Positions 30,821 to 47,930 of a stretch of 64,000 nucleotides of DNA are shown here, in pieces. The notes beneath the pieces were generated by a model. That model was not told the DNA's origin. It did not search any database and saw only the letters and a list, made by a program, of their open reading frames with translations. Source of the DNA: Eledone cirrhosa (lineage: Eukaryota); the NCBI GenBank assembly GCA_964016885.1, contig OZ024745.1:84878001-84942000 (forward strand), read 5' to 3'. Position numbers and translations under genes: made by a program. The number at the start of each line of letters is the position of its first letter. Within the stretch, counting starts at the first letter, position 1.

Positions 30821-33066
30821 TCAACCTCTCAAAGACACCTCTAACCAACACACAAATCAACATTTTAAGTAAGGGCCTGAAATTTACACCTACACCACGT
30901 AAACCAAACTTCCCCGAAATGAAGGATGACATCATGGAATACTGCCGAAAGCTGCGACTAACGGAATTCTTCCACAACGACACCAACACTGAAGACGAAT
31001 CACTGGTTAGAAATAAAAGCAATTTCTGCCCACAAAAGGGAAGAAATAAAGCACTGGACACGTACTGCGAACACATCACCAACTTTCCCTATGAAACAAT
31101 TACAAATAAACACACGAAATCAAACCTATCTACACACGAATGGGAAGAATTATTCACACTTAGAAACAACCCTGAGATAACTATCAAAGAAGCCGATAAA
31201 GGCAGTACTGTTGTGATTATGAATACGGACTACTATAGGACCCTCGCACTTAACATTTTAGAAAACAACACATACTATGAAAAAACAGAAAACTACAAAC
31301 ACACCAAAACAATGGGGAACCTTTTGACCTTACTGAATAAATACCGCAACAGCTTAACCACAAAAGAGTTTAACTATATAAGCCACTTCAAATGCAATAC
31401 AAGCTCTTTTTACGGCTTACCGAAACTTCACAAATGTAAACCCATAAACGATGCATGTGACACCTCAACCAACAATTACATTGAACTAACACCACCAGAA
31501 GACCTAAAACTCAGGCCAATTATAGCAGGCCCTACATGTGAAACCCACAGACTTAGCAACTTTCTGGACATCCTACTGAAACCCTTTCTACAACATATAC
31601 AGAGCTACATACGAGATGACCTTGACATGCTGAAACACCTCCCTAAAACAGTAAGTGCAAATACAATTCTTGTCTCCTTTGACGTAATAAACCTCTACAC
31701 AAACATACCTCACAACTATGGAATAACAGCAGTCCAATACTGGCTTAACACACACCCATCAGAAATACCGACACGCATCAACACAGATTTTATCACTGAC
31801 GGACTCCGCTTTATCCTACAAAATAACTACTTCACATTCAATGGTTCAACATACAGACAAGTATCAGGTACGGCAATGGGCACGAAAGTAGCACCCACAT
31901 ATGCCAACCTAGTCATGGGATTCCATGAACAACAAATATACAGTCAGTCCCTTCTCTTATTTGGAGACTCTTTCCACACACACCTCAAAGCCAATTGGAA
32001 AAGATATCTAGACGACTGCTTTATCCTATGGCAAGAAGACATGAACTCACTTACTACGTTTAAAAACATGATAAACAACATAGATAATAACATACAATTC
32101 ACAATGGAATCCAATCCTAAGGAATTAGCCTTCTTGGATATTCTCATCTCTGTAATAGACGGGAAATTAGATACAGATATATTCTATAAACCCACAGATT
32201 CCAAGCAATACCTCTTTTTCACATCAAGTCACCCAAAACATACAAAACTTAACATTCCTTACAATTTGGCCAAACGTATATGTACCATAGTATCAGATCC
32301 ACCTAAACGGGAGCAAAGACTAAAGGAACTAAAAGACACCCTTATCTTAAGAGCCTTTCCACTTGAAATAATCAACAATGGAATAGACAGGGCAAAACAC
32401 CTAAATCCCCATCAACTTAACAATCCAAAACAGAAAACCACACTCAACACCCTGCCATATGTATCCACTTTCAACCCCAGAAATACCGAAATGTTTGATC
32501 ACCTACACAAAAACCTCCCCATCCTACTTAAAGATGTAAAAATGAAGTCTATTCTTGAAACACACAAGATCCTTAAAAGTAAAAGACAACCCAAATCACT
32601 TAAACGCATTCTCACTGGACCAAATATACCCAAACCAATCCTCAACCCTACAGTTACCAAATGTGGTAGAACAAACTGTGGAACGTGCCTCTACCTCACT
32701 GAAGGACAAACATTTACATTCAAAGATGGCCAAACATTTACAGTAAAAAACAATTTCACCTGCAACTCGGAGAACTTGATTTACGCAATAACTTGCGGTG
32801 GGTGCAAACACAACTACATAGGACAGACGGGCACCTCATTACGCAAAAGAATGACCATCCACCGCCAACAAATCCGGGACGCTAACACAAGAAAAATCCC
32901 CTTGAGCAGCCATATTGCGAACTGCGCAGGAATGACACTACCCAACTTTAAAATCTTCCCCTTCTACAAGTGCTCAGATTCGTTCACACAACAACAAAGA
33001 ATAAACAAAGAAAATCTATTCCTTAACAAATTTAAACCAAAACTAAACGGGTTATCACCCCAATAG
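30790..33066 (+). CDS. PLE reverse transcriptase + GIY-YIG endonuclease (ORF2)
   Basis: 758 aa: ADKG, FYGLPKLHK, RPII, SFDVINLYTNI, GTAMG, WKRYLDD, CGRTNCGTC linker, NLIYAITC..C...YIGQT. Confidence 0.97.
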   Translation: MAPPQEKPKIINLSKTPLTNTQINILSKGLKFTPTPRKPNFPEMKDDIMEYCRKLRLTEFFHNDTNTEDESLVRNKSNFCPQKGRNKALDTYCEHITNFPYETITNKHTKSNLSTHEWEELFTLRNNPEITIKEADKGSTVVIMNTDYYRTLALNILENNTYYEKTENYKHTKTMGNLLTLLNKYRNSLTTKEFNYISHFKCNTSSFYGLPKLHKCKPINDACDTSTNNYIELTPPEDLKLRPIIAGPTCETHRLSNFLDILLKPFLQHIQSYIRDDLDMLKHLPKTVSANTILVSFDVINLYTNIPHNYGITAVQYWLNTHPSEIPTRINTDFITDGLRFILQNNYFTFNGSTYRQVSGTAMGTKVAPTYANLVMGFHEQQIYSQSLLLFGDSFHTHLKANWKRYLDDCFILWQEDMNSLTTFKNMINNIDNNIQFTMESNPKELAFLDILISVIDGKLDTDIFYKPTDSKQYLFFTSSHPKHTKLNIPYNLAKRICTIVSDPPKREQRLKELKDTLILRAFPLEIINNGIDRAKHLNPHQLNNPKQKTTLNTLPYVSTFNPRNTEMFDHLHKNLPILLKDVKMKSILETHKILKSKRQPKSLKRILTGPNIPKPILNPTVTKCGRTNCGTCLYLTEGQTFTFKDGQTFTVKNNFTCNSENLIYAITCGGCKHNYIGQTGTSLRKRMTIHRQQIRDANTRKIPLSSHIANCAGMTLPNFKIFPFYKCSDSFTQQQRINKENLFLNKFKPKLNGLSPQ

Positions 33067-33609
33067 AATTGTCATAAAATATAAACACACATACGCACGG
33101 AATCACTACTATTAAAGACCAGAGACCAATTCTGTAGAATCAGGTTTATTCATTGACAGACCATGCCTTTGTGTGACCAACACATCCATGTTAAACCCTG
33201 CACGTGCACACACGTATATCTATATATATATGCGCACACAGAATTATTTTAATTTCACTGCCCCAACTTCTTATATTATGGAAAAAATATATGTGTCTGT
33301 ATGTATATATATATATATATATATTTGAAGGCCATTTCTCTGTGTGTGGGTGTATGTATGTGTGTGTGTGTGTGTGAGTATTGTGTGCATGTGGATGTAT
33401 GTATTGTGTGTGTGTGTGTGTGTGTATGTATGTGGGTATCTGGATGTATGCGTATGTGTATATATATATATATATATGCATGTGTGTGTGTGTGTGTGTG
33501 TATATATATGTGTGTGTATGTGTGTATATATATGTGTGTGTGTGTGTGTGTGTATGTTTGTATGTGTGTATGTATATATATATATGTGTGTGTGTATGTA
33601 TGTGTGGGG

Positions 33610-33703
<94 letters not shown>

Positions 33704-33734
33704 GTGTATCTGGATGTATGTGTATGTATATATA

Positions 33735-33787
<53 letters not shown>

Positions 33788-33856
33788 ATGTGTATATATA
33801 TGTGTGTGTGTGTGTATGTGTGTATGTATATGTATGTGTGTGTGTATGTATGTGTG

Positions 33857-33901
<45 letters not shown>

Positions 33902-34176
33902 GTATGTGTATGTATGTGTGGATGAAGGTATATGTGTGTGTATATTGCTTCCACCCCCTCACTGACCAGCAGCTGGCTATTGCTAAATCTGACCTTTATA
34001 AAATAACCCACACCCCAAATAACTTCTCATTCACTACCAGAAAGGGACACAGCAGTCAACCTGTTGTTGCTACCTAGATGAAAACTGCTATGAAATCCCA
34101 CAATGAATTTTATACTTGAATTTTCAAGTCTCAAATTTTAACTCTTCGTATTATTAATTTTTCTTAATATTAATCA

Positions 34177-34222
34177 ACATTTGAAAAGATGGCTTTTGCA
34201 GACCCATCGAAACCGGTCATTT
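34177..34222 (+). ncRNA. Minimal hammerhead ribozyme, U3-A8 core
   Basis: AU-UUGAAAA-GAUGG...CCAUC-GAAAC-CG-GUC-AU. Confidence 0.75.
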
Positions 34223-34323
34223 TTTATACCCTTTATTATTTCCTTACCTTATAAAATTATGTTTTTTCACAAAAAAGTATTCTGTCTCTTATATATTCCA
34301 TGTGCCATTACCAACCTCAATTT

Positions 34324-34387
<64 letters not shown>

Positions 34388-34404
34388 CATATATATATAT
34401 ATAC

Positions 34405-34555
<151 letters not shown>

Positions 34556-34570
34556 TATATATATAGATAT

Positions 34571-34600
<30 letters not shown>

Positions 34601-34604
<4 letters not shown>

Positions 34605-35304
34605 GAAAAGTATAGAAATTGTTGTAGCGAGAAGCTAACAGTATTCCATAACATATATGCGACTATAGCGTCAATATGGGAAAATAGTTCACATAAGATA
34701 TGGGAAAAATAATTCAGACTCAATTCAAAAAGAATCAGGATATAGATTTATTCAACAGAATTTAGAGAAATCCAGGGAAAAATCAATAGACCCTTAACTC
34801 ATGATAAAACAAAGTCTAAAGTACTCAAGCTTCATTTGGGACAACTTCAAATGCTCTGTATAGTCTTGAAAAAACTATTTCACGAAAACTTTCAGTGGAG
34901 ATGGTCACGGTTGGATTTCGTTCCTCAGCAGAGCTCAACATGGTAAACAAGGTCTCACTGGTAATATGCCAAAAAGGGAATCTAAAAGCAGGCTAGTTTA
35001 ACATCATGCGTGGTTATTAAAACAAACGCACATGTTGAAAAACAGGGCTGGTGACGTCAGAATGAGACAAATCTTTGTTTACATGAAACAACAGTCAAAA
35101 ACATTCCGAAAGAAAACTCTACAAAAGGAGTTCAGCAAAAAGCAATATCATCGCGGTCTTTTTCCAAAAAAAATACCGTGATTAGTCACAAATAATTTAA
35201 GCACTCTAAGAAATAAATCCGAGTATATATATATAAATGAAAAGTATAGAAATTGTTGTAGCGAGAGGCTAACAGTATTCCATAACATATATAGACTATA
35301 GCGT

Positions 35305-35310
<6 letters not shown>
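34601..35310 (-). mobile_element. Non-coding retrozyme-like element, 634-bp period
   Basis: ~76-bp terminal direct repeat (34601, 35235), no ORF, central HHR. Confidence 0.75.
34853..34934 (-). ncRNA. Hammerhead ribozyme with full stems
   Basis: GCUCUG-CUGAGGA-ACGAAA...UUUCGU-GAA-AUAGUUUU-UUC-AAGACUAU-A-CAGAGC. Confidence 0.88.
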
Positions 35311-35346
<36 letters not shown>

Positions 35347-35351
35347 GTATT

Positions 35352-35417
<66 letters not shown>

Positions 35418-35423
35418 TATATG

Positions 35424-38530
<3,107 letters not shown>

Positions 38531-38589
38531 TTGGGTAAATCTACACTTATTTTTACCTTGTATATTATTAAACCAAGAAAAAACAGAGG

Positions 38590-40960
<2,371 letters not shown>

Positions 40961-40978
40961 ACATATATATATATAAGT

Positions 40979-41799
<821 letters not shown>

Positions 41800-41893
41800 G
41801 TATATGTATGTATTTATATATATGTGTGTGTATGTATATAAATATATATATATATATGTATGTATATATATATATGTATGTATATATATATAT

Positions 41894-43629
41894 ATCATAA
41901 ATCATGTCTTTAGAATTATTAGATAAAATATATACCGTTTCTTCTTCCAATTAGCATAATTAACCATATAAAAAATCAATTAGACCAAGCTATAAGAAGA
42001 AAGGCTCTTATGAAGAAATCTTCGACAAATAACCGAAAGTGGCCTCTTCGCGGTGGCCCCAATATAGTATATTTATCCAACATTTCAACAGCATGTGGAA
42101 ACTGACTAAATATATCATCAGCCATACACAATTAGGTGTAAAATTAAACTCAGAAGAAACGTGTACATACCGTAATTATATCTCTACCATGGTTTCATCC
42201 GTATTTTTAGACATCCAATTAATAGGAATGTCCTGAGTTAGGATTCATCAGGAGACAAACTCAAAATCAGACATCTAGTTTTTCAACCTGATCGCGCCGA
42301 AATTAGATTCAAAAATGGCTAAGAATCGCTATGTGGCTGTGGTCAAGCTAGAAAGAATGTGATTGTCTGCTTACGGCGGGTAGGCTTGTTGCTAGAAAGC
42401 GCAGCCAAATGTCGCCAAATTTAATCTCAACCTCACGGGAGATTATTAAATATAAAGTTTTACATATACATAAAGTTATAGATATATATGTTGCAACCGG
42501 TCACTTTTAAGCTCTATGAAGTATTAATAAATTAAATAATCAGAGAAATATATCATAAATCATGTCTTTAGAATTATATGATATATTGCTCTGATTATTT
42601 AATTTATTAATTCTTCATAGAGCTTAAAGGTGACCGGTTGCAACATATATATTTATAACTTTATGTATATGTAAAACTTTATATTTAATAATCTCCCGTT
42701 AGGTTGAGATTAAATTTGGTGACATTTGGCTGCGCTTTCTAGCAACAAGCCTACCCGCCGTAAGCAGCCAATCACATTCTTTCTAGCTAAACCACAGCCA
42801 CATAGCGATTCTTAGCCATTTTTGAATCTAATTTCGGCGCGATCAGGTTGAAAAACTAGATGTTTGATTTTGAGTTTGTCTCCTGATGAATCCTAACTCA
42901 GGACATTCCTATTAATTGGATGTCTAAAAATACGGATGAAACCATGGAATAGATATAATTACGGTATGTACACGTTTCTTCTGAGTTTAATTTTACACCT
43001 AATTGTGTATGGTTGATGATATATTTAGTCAGTTTCCACATGCTGTCGAAATGTTGGATAAATATACTATATTGGGGCCACCGCGAAGAGGCCACTTTCG
43101 GTTATTTGTCGAAGATTTCTTCATAAGAGCCTTTCTTATTATAGCTTGGTTTAATTGATTTTTTATATGGTTAATTATGCTAATTGGAAGAAGAAATGGT
43201 ATATATTTTATCTAATAATTCTTTAGAATAATTTATGATATATTGCTCTGATTATTTAATTTATTAATTCTTCATAGAGCTTAAAGGTGACCGGTTGCAA
43301 CATATATATCTATAACTTTATGTATATGTAAATGTTAATAATCTCCCGTTAGGTTGAGATTAAATTTGGCGACATTTGGCTGCGCTTTCTAGCAACAAGC
43401 CTACCCGCCGTAAGCAGCCAATCACATTCTTTATAGCTTGACCACAGCCACATAGCGATTCTTAGCCATTTTTGAATCTAATTTCGGCGCGATCAGGTTG
43501 AAAAACTAGATGTCTGATTTTGAGTTTGTCTCCTGATGAATCCTAACTCAGGACATTCCTATTAATTGGATGTCTAAAAATACGGATGAAACCATGGTAG
43601 AGATATAATTACGGTATGTACACGTTTCT
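41894..43629. mobile_element. Inverted + tandem array of a ~658-bp non-coding HHR unit (retrozyme-like)
   Basis: Copy A 41894-42576 (HHR on minus), inverted copies B 42577-43222 and C 43232-43629 (HHR on plus). Confidence 0.85.
42180..42256 (-). ncRNA. Hammerhead ribozyme of the 658-bp unit (copies 42878-42954+, 43528-43604+, 48238-48314-, 48896-48972-)
   Basis: GUCUC-CUGAUGA-AUCC...GGAU-GAAAC-CAUG-GUA-GAGAU; canonical core, palindromic stem III. Confidence 0.9.
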
Positions 43630-43637
43630 ACAAAGAG

Positions 43638-43639
<2 letters not shown>

Positions 43640-43721
<82 letters not shown>

Positions 43722-43993
43722 ACACACTTCTCCGTATAAGACAAGAACTGAAAAAATATCTTTTAACATGTTAAAATATCCCCCACACACAGACACATTA
43801 CTACTGACCATCCCTCTACCACGAATTACTCTGCTACACACACACACACACACACACACACTTCTCCGTATAAGACAAGAACTGAAAAAATATCTTTTAA
43901 CATGTTAAAATATCCCCCACACACTTACAGACACATTACTACTGACCATCCCTCTACCACGAATTACTCTGCTACACACACACACACACACAC
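43640..43993. repeat. (CA)n tracts with a ~130-bp tandem duplication
   Basis: cttctccgtataagacaagaac...ctctgctacaca at ~43727 and 43861. Confidence 0.9.
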
Positions 43994-44544
43994 TTGTCTT
44001 AATAGGCATTTGAACTGACAACAGGCTGCGGTTCGCACACACATCCCTGCTGACCATTAACACAACAACGAACCTCTTTACTACTACTACTACACACACA
44101 CATATTTGTTAGAGTTATTTCTCAGTCAGCCGACACAAACCTACATTTGGAGCAAAATCAATTTTTTACATTCACATGACCTCTACCGACCAATCAAAAT
44201 TGTTTTGACCACAAGAATTTTTGCAACACGAATTGGGGCAAAACTTATTTTAATACCGCTGGAGCCACTTTTTTTAACATAAAAACAGGTAGAATTCCCC
44301 AAACTAATCAGATCAGAGCAAACATCACGGACGCTCTATCTCAAAATTATTTTTGAAAAGCATTAGAAATGCGCAACCGGTAAAACTTAAAACCAAAACT
44401 TAATACTAACCAATACTATTACTAATTATCACTTATTCCTAATTAAACTATTTTTCACTGTGAACAATTTGTCAGCATTTTCTATTCCGTTTACCAATAT
44501 ATCATAACTTGTGTGTTATACCTCTATTCTTTTAAATATATATG

Positions 44545-44579
<35 letters not shown>

Positions 44580-44580
44580 G

Positions 44581-44611
<31 letters not shown>

Positions 44612-44642
44612 GTGTGTATGTATATAGATATATATATATATG

Positions 44643-44696
<54 letters not shown>

Positions 44697-44710
44697 AATG
44701 TATATATATA

Positions 44711-44814
44711 TATCATAAATCATGTCATATATATCATAAATCATTCTAAAGAATTATTAGATAAAATATATACCGTTTCTTCTTCCAATTAGCATAATTA
44801 ACCATATAAAAAAT
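44711..44814. repeat. Fragment of the 658-bp unit, duplicated at 47931-48034
   Basis: Matching sequence including the private variant tcatgtcatatatatcataaatcattctaaag. Confidence 0.85.
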
Positions 44815-44827
44815 ATATATATATATG

Positions 44828-44907
<80 letters not shown>

Positions 44908-45025
44908 TTAATAAGAGGAATTCCAACTTTGTCTGATTTACTCGTTTTATTTACAATCCTTTAAAATATATATAATGGTATTATAATGAAATAGTATGAT
45001 AGAATATTAAATTCTAAGTGTTAAT

Positions 45026-45064
45026 TGAACAAGTACTTTCATGCTTTCGCAATCTTCAGGTTCA
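45026..45064 (-). ncRNA. Minimal hammerhead ribozyme
   Basis: UGAAC-CUGAAGA-UUGC-GAAA-GCAU-GAAAG-UA-CUU-GUUCA. Confidence 0.82.
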
Positions 45065-45439
45065 TGATATGTGGTGACAGTCGAGTTTGCAATTTTCAAC
45101 TGTAATGAGATGGGTAAATTTCCTACCTTTTATACATTTTATACAGAGAAAAGTGGCTCCAGAATGCAAAGCCCTGTAAACTGTATTTCGACCAATCAGT
45201 GTGTAGTTTCACTGAATTACTACAGCTGATTGGTTTAAGCGTCACGGCTGGTTGAGCATGCTAACGACCAATAGTCATATCCAACGTATCAATTGTTTTG
45301 CTTTTTTGAAATGATGAAAATAGCATTTTCTATTAATCATCACCATCAACATCACTTTTATTATCATTATTATTGTTGTTGTTGTTGTTGTTAGTGGTCG
45401 TGGTCATAGTGGTAGTAGAAGTAATACCCCTAGGCGTTA

Positions 45440-47626
45440 TTATTGTTCATTTAGCTTGGGTTTGAATTTATCAATAAAATTCTTTTCTTTGATTTTTCTC
45501 TTGATTTCATTTGGGCTGTGTAATTTGTAGAATGGGAATATTATAAATATTCCCTGACCACATGTTGCCAGGTGGCCGCTTAGGGGTATCTGACGGACAT
45601 TTGGGTCTCTGATTTGTTGACGGTGTACCCGTGCACGTTCCGATAGTGCATTTCCAGTTTGACCGACATATAGTTCTTCACAATTCGGGCATTTAATGCA
45701 GTAAATTAGATTTCTGCTTTTGCAGTTCATATTTGCATTTGTGAATATTTTTCCAGTTTTTGTTTTCATATATTGACCGGCGTGTATGGATTGACATGTG
45801 CCGCATCGATTATCATTGCATTTAGATACAGTGAATGATTGGTCTTTGTTGTTAAGGTCAAACTTTGCTTTTGTTAGCAATTGCTTCAAATTTTTTGGCT
45901 GTCTTTTACTAAGAGTCAAAGATCGATCTGTGATTAAGCCTTTTAATTCATTACTTTGAGCAATGATCGGTAGGTTTGCTTTGGCAGTGTTGAAGATATT
46001 CTGGTGACATGGGTTGTGTGTCATTATAAATGGTATGACCAGTTCTTGGTTTCTTCTTCTTTGGGTTGTTCTAAGTTGTTGTATAGGTATTTTTATAGCC
46101 CGCTGTATGCCATTTTCTATAAGTAGAGATGGGTATTTTTGTTTGAGCAAAAATTCTCTTAGTTCTGTTAGGCGTTTGTACCTGGTATTCGTATCTTCTA
46201 CAATGGTACAAATTCTTCTGGCTAGGCAGTATGGGATGTTGCGTTTTGTATGAGGTGGATGGCACGACTTAAAATTCAGATATTGATGGGTGTCTGTGTG
46301 TTTATAATATATATCCGTGGTAATGGTGGTGTCGTTTTTGATTATCATTATATCTAGGAATGGTAATTTGGTCCTACTCATCTCTTTTGTGAATTGGAGA
46401 GATGGGTGTAAGTTATTCAGGAGGATATTGAACTCATCCAGAGTATCTAGAGATTCTGTCCAGATGATGAAACAGTCGTCAAGGTATCTCTTCCAAGATT
46501 TTTCAATGTACTTTCTAAAGTCAGTACTATATTTTTCCTCTATTTCTTGGTAGAGTTGTTGTTCTAAGTATCCCATTACAGAGTTCGCGTAAACGGGAGC
46601 AAACTTCGTTCCCATCGCTGTGCCTCTAATTTGGATGTAATTCTTTCCATTGAAGAAGAAAGTGTTGTTTTCCAGAATAAGTTTAACTGCGTCTAATATA
46701 AATGGCGCTGTGAATCTAATGGGAATCACTTCTCTATGTTTTTCCACCCAGTATTTAACCGCCTTTATTCCTAAATCATGTGTAATGTTGGTGTAAAGGC
46801 TTACCACATCAAAACTGAGTAGAAGTGAATTCGTTTCCGTGGTTTTGGGAAGATGGGACAGGAAGTCGATATCATCCCGGATGAAACTGGGTATGTGAAT
46901 ACATAGTGGTTTCAAAATAATGTCAACAAAATTGCTTAGACGGTGAGTGGGGCATGTTGGACCAGCTATAATAGGTCTAAGTTTTAAGTCTTTTGGGTGT
47001 AATAATTTAATGTACTCACTGTTTTGTTCTCTTACTGCCAGTTGTATTTCTTTTGACTTGTGAACTTTCGGTAGGCCATACAGGTTGCTGGGTTTCGGCT
47101 CAAAATTGGTGATGTAGTCTCTTTCCTTATCAGTAAATGAGTTGTGGTATTTTGAAGCCAGGTTGTTGATCTTCTTCATGATGTTGTGGTCTATATTTGA
47201 CGGTATTTCATGATAGAATGTTGTGTCTTTCAGTTGTTCCTCAACCAAATCCTTGTAGTATTCAGTATCCATTATAACAACTGCACCCCCTTTATCTGCT
47301 TGTTTAATTATTATTGTTTTATCATTTTGTATACGTTTAAGTGCAGACATTTCTGATTTGTTAATGTTTGGCCTAACATTAGTATTATGTCTAAGAGGAA
47401 ATTTAGACAGGATGTCAATGTATTGGTCGAGATAGATATTTCTTCCTTTTGGCGGAGTGAAATTTGATTTATTCTTTACTAGTGATTCATCACTCTCATT
47501 ATTTTTATCAGCGAAGAATTCTACAAGACGTAATTTTCGACAGAATTCTTGGGTATCCTCCTTCAGTTCTTGGTGGTTGACTGTTGGAGTCGGTGTGAAT
47601 TTCAGTCCTTTTGACAGAATTTGCAT
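45440..47626 (-). CDS. PLE reverse transcriptase + GIY-YIG endonuclease
   Basis: 728 aa: ADKGG, LYGLPKVHK, SFDVVSLYTNI, GTAMG, WKRYLDD, CNDNRCGTC, NLIYCIKC..C...YVGQT; collinear with 30790-33066. Confidence 0.96.
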   Translation of the reverse strand: MQILSKGLKFTPTPTVNHQELKEDTQEFCRKLRLVEFFADKNNESDESLVKNKSNFTPPKGRNIYLDQYIDILSKFPLRHNTNVRPNINKSEMSALKRIQNDKTIIIKQADKGGAVVIMDTEYYKDLVEEQLKDTTFYHEIPSNIDHNIMKKINNLASKYHNSFTDKERDYITNFEPKPSNLYGLPKVHKSKEIQLAVREQNSEYIKLLHPKDLKLRPIIAGPTCPTHRLSNFVDIILKPLCIHIPSFIRDDIDFLSHLPKTTETNSLLLSFDVVSLYTNITHDLGIKAVKYWVEKHREVIPIRFTAPFILDAVKLILENNTFFFNGKNYIQIRGTAMGTKFAPVYANSVMGYLEQQLYQEIEEKYSTDFRKYIEKSWKRYLDDCFIIWTESLDTLDEFNILLNNLHPSLQFTKEMSRTKLPFLDIMIIKNDTTITTDIYYKHTDTHQYLNFKSCHPPHTKRNIPYCLARRICTIVEDTNTRYKRLTELREFLLKQKYPSLLIENGIQRAIKIPIQQLRTTQRRRNQELVIPFIMTHNPCHQNIFNTAKANLPIIAQSNELKGLITDRSLTLSKRQPKNLKQLLTKAKFDLNNKDQSFTVSKCNDNRCGTCQSIHAGQYMKTKTGKIFTNANMNCKSRNLIYCIKCPNCEELYVGQTGNALSERARVHRQQIRDPNVRQIPLSGHLATCGQGIFIIFPFYKLHSPNEIKRKIKEKNFIDKFKPKLNEQ

Positions 47627-47749
47627 TTCATCATTGTCAAGATCTCTTTTAGATAAATTAATTATTTTAGGATCTATCTACGTGTACAGCTGTTTTGGGT
47701 ATGTTTCCTCCTGGAGTTTTTCTTTTTCCGGTTTTTGTTGTCCTGACGT

Positions 47750-47756
47750 TAAAAAA
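47750..47756 (-). other. Putative -1 frameshift heptamer U_UUU_UUA
   Basis: CAT TTT TTA in the open ORF1-remnant frame, ~90 nt before PKIINLS. Confidence 0.72.
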
Positions 47757-47930
47757 TGAATTTTTCTCTGTTCAGGATTTATATTCCTGTTGGTGTTCGC
47801 TTGATAAACTTTTGGTCGTGATATTATATTTGGTTTCGTTATGTATTTTGTCCTATTTTTGGTATTCTGTATATTATTTTTCTTCCTGTTAGCATTATTT
47901 TTAACAATCTGGGAAAATGACCTATATATA

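Larger units (their letters stand above)
29438..34331 (+). mobile_element. Apparently intact two-ORF Penelope-like element (Neptune-like)
   Basis: ~54-bp terminal direct repeat gtattctgtctc...ttttctctata at 29438 and 34278; two uninterrupted ORFs; HHR; (TA)n flanks. Confidence 0.95.
44910..47922 (-). mobile_element. 5'-truncated two-ORF Neptune-like PLE
   Basis: Intact RT-EN frame, ORF1 remnant 47678-47922, HHR near the 3' end. Confidence 0.93.

Noticed and set aside
42039-42236. Repeated 65-aa ORF MASSRWPQ... in the 658-bp unit
   Set aside because: GTG start, antisense to the hammerhead, no motifs; its recurrence reflects repeat copies only
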